This document shows positions 13,652-23,800 of a stretch of DNA of 64,000 nucleotides, one piece after another. How positions within the stretch are numbered: the first letter of the stretch is position 1; every line of letters begins with the position of its first letter. Location of the stretch: assembly GCA_965153285.1 (NCBI GenBank), contig OZ229115.1; one strand, 5' to 3'. Made by a program: the position numbers and the translations under genes. The notes beneath the pieces are model-generated. The model was not told the DNA's origin and made no database searches. It saw only the letters and a list, made by a program, of their open reading frames with translations. This stretch comes from Podarcis tiliguerta. Lineage: Eukaryota.

Positions 13652-14969
13652 AGGGTCACAGGCTTTCCATTCCTAGCTTACAGTGCAATCCTAAACATAG
13701 CTACTCAGTAGCAAATCCTATTTAATTCAATGGAGCTTATTTCCAGTTAGGTGGGGCTAAGATTGCAGCCTTACTCTCTTAGCCATGCTCAATGCTCACA
13801 ACTGCTTTATCATTGGGAAAAAGTTACAGAAGTGTTGGTACGTCATATTTAAAGCAAAACAATATTCAAACTTAGCTGTATATCTTTTAATTAAGTGAAA
13901 TGCTTATGAATACTGAAAATTCAGATTACAGTACATGATCTTAAAGAGGGGAAGAACAGCAGCAGCCTATTTGGCAATCAGGTGTCAGGATTTCAGAATA
14001 ATAGCCAATTTAATTGGCTCACTCAGAAGCTCAGCATTAACCAGGTTCCATTAATTTTGTTGTTTGGAATTTGTTTTCCATACTTAGAAATCAAACCCTA
14101 CAGTCAGAAGAGGAAAAAATACTTTTAATCAGCATGCAGATGGGGGTGTGGGGTAATACTCTACTCAAGAAGGCATGATTTTTCTTATATAAAAAAAAAG
14201 TTTACGAAGATCAACTTGGTATATATTTTTTATCAAAGTCCATCTCGAATTCTTCCAGGAAGTATTTGACTAGTATAATCAAGACCCACTAGTATGTAAA
14301 CAGCAACTCAGTCTTTGAATTCATGTAGCTGATGATCAGATAGGACAGATCCAGTTAAGTACTCAGACAATGAGAGTCCCTCACACAGAGGCACAGCGCA
14401 CCTAAGAAAAACTAGAGGTGGGGATTCGCCTTTTGCTTCCATGACCACAGCTGCACTGGCAAAAACATTACTGCAAACTTTCTTTTTACCTTAAGGCTTA
14501 ATCACATCTAGCTTCAGACTGCTGTCTCCCAAATAATTGTCAAGCAGGACACTATTATTATTTTGCATAACAAAAGGCCGGCCTTTGGTTATGCAAAATA
14601 AGCAGTGGGAAAACTGTGGCCCTCCAGATATTGTTAGCCTACAATTCCCATCACTCCTGGCCATTGGGTCATGTTGGCTGGAGATCATGGAAGGTGCAGC
14701 CAACATCATCTGGAGAGCTACAGGATCCTCACCTTTGCAGAAGATCCCAAATGTACAGATGGAACTGTCTGCTGCTGTTGAAATCAAAGGGCAACCAAAT
14801 TTGCACATGAGGCTTTGGCATATAGGCAGCACCATATCTGCCTTCGCAGTAATCCTTGGGCTGGAAGTTACAAATAAAAATAATTCCCATAGACTCCCAT
14901 AGCCATATGCTTAAGATGGCAGAGGGGAAACACTGACATTTCGGTATTCAAAAGCTACACATCCAGTAT

Positions 14970-16400
14970 TTAGCGAGTCTGCACTTTACTCAGCAAGTTA
15001 ACAATGGCTTCTTTGGTAAGGAACAAAGTCTCATTAGTATTTTGATTGCATACTTCAAATAGAGAAGGCTCTTCCAAAACCTTCTTGCCACCTATTATAA
15101 CATAGGGGTACCCAAGTTTACTTGCATCCTTTAATCTTTTACCAATGGTGAATTGTGTCCGGTCATCCAGTACTATCTCCTCCTTAAGCCAAGGGGCTGC
15201 TTCAACAATACAGTCATATAAATCCTCCAGGAGCATTGCTCCTTTCTCCTCCTTGCTCCCTCTCTTTGGGGGAATAAGGCAGACTTGATATGGTGCAATG
15301 AGGCTTGGCCACCGAATGGCGTCCTCCGTAGAAAGCACCTCAATGGAGGCTGCAAGAATCCGAGTCACACCCAGCCCATAGCAGCCCATTTCAGCCAGAA
15401 TATGCTTATTTTCTGCAGTGCGGACGGTAGCATTAAAAACAGAGGAGTATTTTGTGCCCAAGAAGAAGGTATGGCCAACTTCAATCCCTTTGTACTCAGC
15501 TAGTTTCCCTTTGCAAACTGGGCAATGCTTCTCATCTGGGTTTATCGTTTCCTCATTGGCTGCAAAGTCACAGCCTGTGCACATCATCAATCGGTCCTCA
15601 CCAATGTCAGCGGGCAGCTGGAATTCATGAGACATTGTCCCCCCAATGCTTCCAGTAGCTGCTTGGACTTTCACAAACCGAAGGCCTAAGTTGTTGAATA
15701 TGTTGCCGTAAGCGTTGCACACAAGGGCATAGGTCTGGAGGGCAGCTTCCTTGGAGGTATCAAAGGTGTACATATCCTTCATATAAAATTCTCTGCCACG
15801 CAGCAACCCAAAGCGTGGTTTGGGCTCATCTCGAAACTTTCTTGTTACCTGGTACAGCAAGAGGGGAAGCTGCTTGTAAGACAAATGGCCTTGGGAAGCG
15901 ATTAGGTCTGTGACGGCCTCTTCATGAGTAGGCCCTAGGCAGTATTCTTGATTGTGCCTGTCTGCCAGTCGTAATAGTTCACTGCCCATGAGTTCCCACC
16001 TTCCACTGGCTCTCCAGAGCTCTGCTGAGCTCAATGCGGGCATGTTCACTTTCTGACCCCCTATAGCCTGCATTTCTCGGTCTATCACTCTGATGAGCTT
16101 CTCCAGTGCTCGGACAGTGTAGGGCATATAGTGGAAGCAGCCGGGACTGGCTGGGTAGATAAGTCCTGCTAGTAACATCAGTCTCTGACTTTTACATGTC
16201 AGTTCACCCGGTTTGCTGGTTTGCTGTGATGCTATGCTATCCTCCCGCAGATTCATCGACTGGAAGTGCTGGGATACACACTTTTGTCTTGCATGAAGAT
16301 CACAATAAAACCTGCAACACTGTTGCTGCTTTTGGCACCAACCAATCCAATTTTTCAAAGCAGGAAGAATCGTTTTCCCTCTTCTGAGAAGCCCATCCAT
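14970..16400 (-). CDS. PARS2: Mitochondrial proline--tRNA ligase, 476 aa, single coding exon
   Basis: Class II aaRS motifs (LGPTHEE, RKFRDEPKPRFGLLRGREFYMKD, GIEVGHTF, MGCYGLGVTR) plus anticodon-binding domain. Likely ATG at 16400 (MDGLL, compare human MEGLL). Acceptor ctgcag just upstream (exon starts about 16434), so the ORF-track N-terminal extension is intron/UTR. Confidence 0.97.
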   Translation of the reverse strand: MDGLLRRGKTILPALKNWIGWCQKQQQCCRFYCDLHARQKCVSQHFQSMNLREDSIASQQTSKPGELTCKSQRLMLLAGLIYPASPGCFHYMPYTVRALEKLIRVIDREMQAIGGQKVNMPALSSAELWRASGRWELMGSELLRLADRHNQEYCLGPTHEEAVTDLIASQGHLSYKQLPLLLYQVTRKFRDEPKPRFGLLRGREFYMKDMYTFDTSKEAALQTYALVCNAYGNIFNNLGLRFVKVQAATGSIGGTMSHEFQLPADIGEDRLMMCTGCDFAANEETINPDEKHCPVCKGKLAEYKGIEVGHTFFLGTKYSSVFNATVRTAENKHILAEMGCYGLGVTRILAASIEVLSTEDAIRWPSLIAPYQVCLIPPKRGSKEEKGAMLLEDLYDCIVEAAPWLKEEIVLDDRTQFTIGKRLKDASKLGYPYVIIGGKKVLEEPSLFEVCNQNTNETLFLTKEAIVNLLSKVQTR

Positions 16401-17079
16401 TTTGAGACTCACAGATGAAGCTTCTCTTTCAAATCTGCAGGCAGAGAGAGAAAATAAAAGCAACTCGTTTCACATAAACAGATGCACATTTTATATCTAG
16501 CCAAAAGAGATTCCCCACATATTTTAGCTACTGTGAGAGCCGAATGCATTGAACACAGCCTGTTTGGCTAAAAATGGGGCTGAATGGTTCTAGCTGATTC
16601 AGTTAATTGGCAAATAAATGAGGAGTTTCTAGAAGAATGTGCTTCCCACAATTGCCTCAAATGATGTTTAAGACCTGCTTCATCACCTTCAAAATGTATG
16701 CACAGGCACAAAAATATACATTTGCAATGCTCACACAACAGCTGTACAGCTTCCCCTGCCCCACTTAGGGTACACATCTGCACCACAGAAAAGGCTTAAT
16801 GGCCCTTCCATTATCCCTGGCCATCGTCCCTGACCCATCAGTCTGGGGCTGATGGGGCTGCACCCAGCAATACCTTCAGGGCCAGAGTCTTCCTCATCCC
16901 TGCTGCAATACAAGAAGCTGCATGTTTTAATACCAACAATGAGCTAGCTTTTCCTATAGTTGCAAAGATAACATTTGAAGAGCCACGAAAAGCAACCAAG
17001 TGCCTTCACGGTCCAAATTAAGAAGCTGTCCAAATCTGTTAACGCCTCCAGAGACTTTTTGAGGAAGCAGGAAAAGAGA

Positions 17080-17760
17080 AAGAAGAAATTCCCCTGCGCG
17101 TCCCCCAATTACATTGCTATTGTAACATTCGCGTCATTTCCATCACAGGGCACCTATCTCTATGGTGCCTGCTTTGACATTTCTGCGAAGAGGGACGCCG
17201 GCGGATTGGGCGCAAAGTTGCAAGAGCTTCCTCGGGGGGAAGTCCCACCGAGCACAAGCAGGACTTCCTTCCGAGAAAAAACACAAAAGCACTGGACTTG
17301 CACGAACCTCGCTGAACTGGAAGCGCAGCCGAGTCAAGTTTCATACGGAGCAGCTCCTTGAGAAGAAAAGCGACCACAGGCGCCGCTGAAGTGCAGGACG
17401 CAGTTTATATCCCCGGGGAAGCCTGCAGGGCCAGACTCGTCCTTGCAACGGTCGCCGGCGTTACCACCCTGCGCTGCAGCTTTCCAGCTCTTGCAGCGCC
17501 CGTGGCAGAAACCACGCGGCGGCGGGACTGGACGAGCAACACAGTATGCAGCAGCTGCGCATGCGCAGCAGCGATGCCCCGTCCCTTTCGGAACGGAGGC
17601 GGAACCATAGAGTTGAAGGAAAAGAAGAAGAAAGAGCGACGCTCTTTCTCTCCCCCTCTGTCTCGGGCGTGCAGATGAAGTCCGCCAATAACCATGGCGA
17701 TTCAGGTTCAGGCAGCCTCTCGTGACACGTGAAGAGGCCTTGCTAAACAGCACCCCCACT
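17080..17760 (-). promoter_or_regulatory. CpG-island promoter and probable non-coding first exon of PARS2
   Basis: Strongly CpG-rich stretch. Minus-strand donor gtg|GTAACG ends a candidate exon at 17465. Perfect NRF1 palindrome TGCGCATGCGCA at 17556-17567, typical of nuclear-encoded mitochondrial genes. CCAAT near 17685 and CACGTG near 17726. Confidence 0.75.
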
Positions 17761-19747
17761 CTTTAAGTGTTCCTCTTTTTAGGCTCCTTGTTGCAGAAGT
17801 TTCAGTTTGCCGGCCCAGAGAAATGGGAATAGATATGAATTAATAAAATGACTAACTAAAAAGGCCAAAGCAGGAAAAGTTTAGTGGCTCCGTTTTGTTT
17901 CTGCGCTTTCAACGCGTAAACAAGTCCCAGAAGTAACTCACGTTAATTTCCTTGTAGGGATTCGCACCACTTCAAATCCTTATTTGTAAACGGAAATTTG
18001 GCAGAAATTTAAGAAAGGCTTCGCCCACCGAGTCACACAAACCCCCTACACAAAGCAAAATATAGCTTAAATTTGTGTGCTTGAGGAAGAATGATAGGCG
18101 ATATGGAAAATTCCGAGAGATGCCGCTGTCCCTTAGATTCATTGGAGAAGGCTGCTCCCCTTAGGCAGCCATTTGAGAGAACAGGATATTCCCCATCCTC
18201 CACCCTAAATGAAGCCCAGCACTGTATCTGTAGTGTTGAAATGTTATGTTCTGGGGGAAGTTCTCGGAATGAGTGCCTAAAACAGTCCCTGCTTGGAAAA
18301 TTACGATCAAAAACAGGTATGGGCAACCTTTGCCCTTCCCTGTGTTGCTGAATTACAACCTTCACCAGCCACAGCAAGCTGGTCCGATGGCCAGGGATGG
18401 TGGAAGTTGAGTACTATCTGGAGGGCCAAAGGTTCCCCCACACCTGTTGTAAAATACATTGCACACAAGGAAAAGGGGGTGAGAAGAGATATTTACCTTT
18501 TTGACTGCACTTGGCTGTGCCACATTTACTTGCGCTTTTGTAACTTCTAGGCTTGGCTAATGTAGGGTGCTGTGTGTAGAGCTGACCTTAAGCTCAGCTC
18601 TGAAGCATAATTTGGTCTAGAAGACAGCTTTTTACTGGTGGGGAAAAATGCATTCCCATATAGCCTTATTGCATCTGTTGCACTATCACTATGTCTTGAG
18701 GCCCAGTCTAGATGCTATCTGTACCAAAGTAAAAAATATCGCTCTTTCAGTAGCGCCATGTGATACTTTCATTTTTTATTCCCCCCCCCCCAATTTTTTA
18801 TTGGTTTTCCAAATTTATAACAAACAAATAGAAAAAAGAACATCAAAAAACAAACAAAGAAAGAAAGAAACATTTATCCTAATTGTAACAGTTCCACTTT
18901 TGTTAACATTGTTGGGTGACTTCCTCGAATCCCCCTGGCTGAGTTTCCATATAAATCATTGTAGCAGTTTTCCAAAACTATTTTCACTAAAATTTACTTG
19001 GTCAATTAATATCTTTCTTTCTCCATGTGATGCTGTACTTGCAGTTGGTTTGATGCTTGTCTTTTTGTTGTCAACAACTCTCTGGTCCTAAACCTTTTCC
19101 TGTGAAAGTCTGTCACTTTCTCCATGCTAATGATTCTTTTACATAGCTTGCTTCACTGTTAACTGCGCAATACTGTAGAGTATACAGTTTACAAAACCAG
19201 ATTGGCCATATATTTTGGGTGTGTGTTTTTTGTTATCTGATCAGGCATAAGAGCAGTGAGATTTGCCCCCCCTCCCGAAGTTGAAGAAGCCTGGTAGCTG
19301 TAGGATAAAGTTAGTTTTGGTAATATGGGAAAGTTTGACTTAATATTTCCTTGTTTTCTTCCTTCCTTACGCACTGGATTGTTTCCTCAGGGCAACAACA
19401 TGGGGGTAGGAGAAGGGAGTAGTGGGTAGAAAAACTGGCTTTCACTGAATGGACATTTTCAGACTATCCTAGGGTAATTGTTGCAAATACAGTTATGTGC
19501 GGTCATTAGGGTTTTTGTTGGTTTTTTTCCAATGTGTTTCATTTTACATCAATGGGTGCCAACATTTTGGGACTGTGGTCACATTTGGAATTTTGAATGA
19601 GTGTCATGGGTCCCAACTATGGCTTTTAAACTGGTGGGGTTTTGTTTTTATTTTTTTTAACTATGGTTTTTTTTAATGTTGTAAACTAACGTTTGCTCAT
19701 CAGATAAAGGGTACTATATTATTATTATTATTATTATTATTATTAGT

Positions 19748-20153
19748 CAGTGGCGTAGTGTAGGGGGGTCTACTGGGGAGATTGACCAGGTTGCAAACAT
19801 TTTTGGGGTGCGTCTCTGCAGCTTCCACCCTGACTGGAGGCCCTCCCTATCCCCCCCGCCCACCTTACCTAAGCAGCATGCTGAGCAGGTGCTGTAGTGA
19901 GAATGGGCCCTTGCATCCCTCAGCTGTGTGGTATCCCCACCAGCGGAGGAGGTGTGTAGACAGGAGTCTTGCGGCAGCAGCAACCCGTCCCCAGCACAAA
20001 GAAGCGTGCGTGCATGTCCCACCACTGCTGCACAGCTCCCTCTGCGAGCAGCAGTGTGCAGTATGGAGGCACCAGTTAGGGGGCACAATATTTGTCTTAG
20101 GGGGCACAATGCTAGTCTTGCCGTTGGCACTGGCAACCCACGCTACACCACTG
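19748..20153. mobile_element. hAT-like non-autonomous DNA element
   Basis: Terminal inverted repeats CAGTGGCGTAG...CTACACCACTG with a GC-rich interior; source of several spurious ORFs. Confidence 0.65.
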
Positions 20154-20674
20154 CAATGTGACAAGGCAATGGAGCAAGGGATGATGTAATCTGTTCTTTT
20201 TGCTTGCTGCTTGATCACATTTCCCAGAATTTACTTTTACCTTTGTGCTCACTTAAAGTTCAAACAGGTTTTGAAACATGTTTCCGGTTCTCAGGTGCAT
20301 GGCAGCTTGCAGAAAACATCATCACTGCAAAAGAGGCACTTTCACAGTTTATGCATATGATACAATTTGCTTCCTTCCCATAGGTGGATGTTGTCTTCAT
20401 TTGGGAAAATCTCCATGTCAGGTTGGATTAGCATTCATAGGGCATTAGGGTAGATAGTTCACATAGCATAGCTAAGAGCCTGACTTTCAAGAAATCTAAA
20501 CACACATCCTTTTGGGAAGTTACTTTACTCATGGTAGATTTTTATCTCCAGAAAACGTCAGTGCAATGCATCAAGGATAGCCCTGTCATACACTGACCTT
20601 TGTTATTGTGGGTGTGCCTTTCATTGATTACATTAACACTCCTGATCCCACCCTGTAAAATTATTCTTGCTATG

Positions 20675-20699
20675 ATTGGTTAGGTCAGTCTTTATATAA
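20675..20699 (+). promoter_or_regulatory. Core promoter of OSC copy A (inverted CCAAT, AGGTCA half-site, TATA)
   Basis: ATTGG 20675-20679, AGGTCA 20682-20687, TATATAA 20693-20699, about 180 bp upstream of the ATG. The block is conserved in copies B and C. Confidence 0.6.
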
Positions 20700-20877
20700 C
20701 CTTCAAGTATTTTATTGGGAGTGTGAATATTTTAGAAACTGTGGAACTTCTGAGGCAGAAACTCTAGCCCAGAGTCCAAGAGTTCAGTGTCCTATTCAGT
20801 GTCCTGTGTACCTGAAGCCTTGCACCATCTAAAATATAACCAGAACAATCTGAGGCAGTCTTCATCAACCCAAGAAG

Positions 20878-23800
20878 ATGTCTGATGGGACGTAAGTACA
20901 TTGTGTGCAATCTATATGCTTTGATTAGGATGATGGTTAAATAAAATAACAAAGTGTGCCAGTTGCTTGACATGTTGATTAAGCAAGCTTTATTACAGGA
21001 GAAACTCACAGAAATAAGATGGGAAGGGTAATTAACCTGATGCATTAAGGAATAAAAAGGCAGCAATTTGGCTTTTCTTTTTTCCTGATGATAATTTTTA
21101 TTAATTTTCAATTACAATCCAATAATAGCCTCATTTGCAACAATACCAAATTATAATACAATTACTAATACCAATCATTAAAATACTGGATTATATAATT
21201 TAGGTGGCCCCCCACATGCTAGATTTGATGGTTTGGTGGTTTTCTTTATTTCTGCGTTCCAAAATCTTCCTAATTTCAATTAAATTCTGGTTAAAATAAT
21301 CCCTTATACAACAACTGCAGTATTAATAACGTCTATTTGTGTTGACACATTAAATGATTTATAGAACTACAAGTGAGGCACTCAAACTATATCCTTGTTT
21401 TTCCTGTGTATGGCAATTATTCTGTTCGTGGTGTTTCTTCCTGCCCTTGTAAAATGTTATGTCTATCTTTCCCCATCATGCCATGCCTGGAGCTGATACA
21501 GTCATACCTCGGGTTGAGCATGTTTGAGTTGCACTCCGCGGCAACCCGGAAGTAACCGAGCGTGTTACTTCCAGGTTTCGCTGGTTGCGCATGTGCAGAT
21601 GCTCAAAATGATGTCACGCACATGCGCAGAAGCAGCGAAAAGCGACACGCGTGTGCGCAGATGTGCCGTTGCTAGCTAGTCAAGTTCAAACCTTAACGAC
21701 CTTTTTGCTGGTTCTGTTCCGCAGTTTATGATCTCATTTCTTCTAGCATGCACCTGTACTTTAGTCCGCAATTTCTTGATACAAAAAGGTGTGAAAAATA
21801 GAATGGAACTTTTTGATTGTGATTAGGAACATAAGCGAAAATTGGTGTAAAAAGCTTTTGTTGGATTTCTGGCAAAACAACCTGCAAAAACTAACTTGTA
21901 AGCCTTAGGTAATGGTCTTTCATTGGAAAGAGAAACAAGACAGGTGTGGCCTCTGATTCTCAACCCCCCAATTTACTGATGGTTTAGTTATAATAAATTT
22001 GCAATAAAAGAGGAATGAGATGAAAATAACTATGATGTTACGTGAAGCTTAGCAAACACTATTTGATAACAGAAGGGGATAAGCAGAAGATGGGTTAAAA
22101 AATTAATTTAAGTAAAGCAGAGTCTACAGTACATAAATAGTAAATTTTTTTGGAATTGAATCAGTAGTCCTTATTATTTGTCAATTATTGATTTCAAAAA
22201 CAGATTAATTATTGGAGGCCAATGAAAGACTTATTAGAAAATTGCACCTAAATTTTCTAACATGAAATAGTCTACTACGACAGTCCTGTGCATGCTTACT
22301 TAGAAGTAAGGACCACTGTTTCACTGTGGCTTTTCTCCAGGAAAGGTGTGCAAGAGATTGCAGCAAGGAAACCCCCCAATGTGAAAGACAGACACATTAA
22401 AATTCATCATTTTGAAGTTTGAAAAGATATTGTGAAGTAGCTAAGAGAAGAAGGGGGGGGGGGGAATGTTGAGGAGAAGACTTGGGTAAATGAACAGAAG
22501 TGAGGAGATTGGAAATTAAAGCTGTGATCCTATGCCAAATTATCTGAAAATAAGATCTGTTGATCAATCTGGGACTTTTGAATAGGATGGCATTCCTAAA
22601 AATACTATACTAAGGGAATCGGATATAAAAGAAATTCATAAAGCATCCCTGTTAACCTCTTTATGTTCTGAACAAATGGCTTTAACAACTGGGACAAAAA
22701 TATGGTTGTAGAGAATAGGAAGTGTTTCCATAATGAGCTAGTTAGAAAAAGGAAAGGATCTATTGGTGTTACATGACTATGCCATACTCAGAGTAGACTC
22801 AGTGAAATCAGTGGACAAATTAGTCATGAATAGACCCACTGAAATCAATAGACATGTCAGTCCCTCACTTCTGGCTGGAAGGACCACAGAATGGGGTTCA
22901 GAATAACTTCCTGTGATAGGATAACAAACCGATAGTCTGCCTGCATGTTTCAAACTCCCCACCTCCTCTGTGTTCTTTGGCAGATGTCTGCGCAGAAGAA
23001 AAGGTGCACCCGAAATAGAACCCAAAACTGATCTTACTCGCTGGCGATTCAGCTCCGTGGAAGGGCGGCAGAAATGGTACTACGTGGCAGACAGTGAAGA
23101 ATGTGCCCGTGAACAGAATGCACTAGAGGCTTACACTTTAGGGCTGGACACTGTAAGTGGCTTAATGATAACAGATGGTACAACACTGAAAGGCTACAAA
23201 AGGAGCCCAGGGCATGAGGACTGCTGGCTTGGCCCTGCCCAGCAGCAGTTTCCCAAGGGCTGGGTCATTTTTCTTTTGACTTCTCATCTTCTGACACCTC
23301 AGTTAGGAACACAGGAAGCTTGGTTATTGCTTTCATAGAACTGTGGAAGGGATCATGAGGGTCATCTCCCCCAACCGCCTGCCACTTGGTGCTGTACAAC
23401 TGCAACTTGATAATGTCAGGGTTGAATATGAAACCCTACTTGAAAAAAGACAAGCCTGCAAGATGAATATGACAATCTACAGGAAATACATAACTTAGCT
23501 ATCACAAAGTAGCTGCTCTGTGCTTGATACCTAGAAAGCTGAGTGAGTTCATCTGCAAGCCAGAGTCAGTGTAGGGTTCTTACCTGTGGAAAGGGAGATG
23601 GGCTACATGATCTTCGGGTCCCTCATATTCTATAGTTCTCTTATCTGAGAGCTCTGTGGTGTTCTCCTAGAGAACAGCCACTCTCTTGCTCTGTCATCAA
23701 TTTCCAATATACTGTGCCTAATAATCATTTCCATGATGCACAGGTGATGCATCTGCATGAGGCATTTTGATGTGCATGAAAATACTGAGGCACATGAATC

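Noticed and set aside
16401-16463. N-terminal extension of PARS2 in the ORF track
   Set aside because: It starts at a non-ATG codon and crosses a splice acceptor; MDGLL at 16400 matches the known start.
16975-17759. Many overlapping ORFs near the PARS2 5' end
   Set aside because: Expected from the stop-poor, GC-rich CpG island; no protein motifs.
20644-20653. SRE-like gatcccaccc upstream of copy A
   Set aside because: Poor match to ATCACCCCAC and not conserved in copy B.
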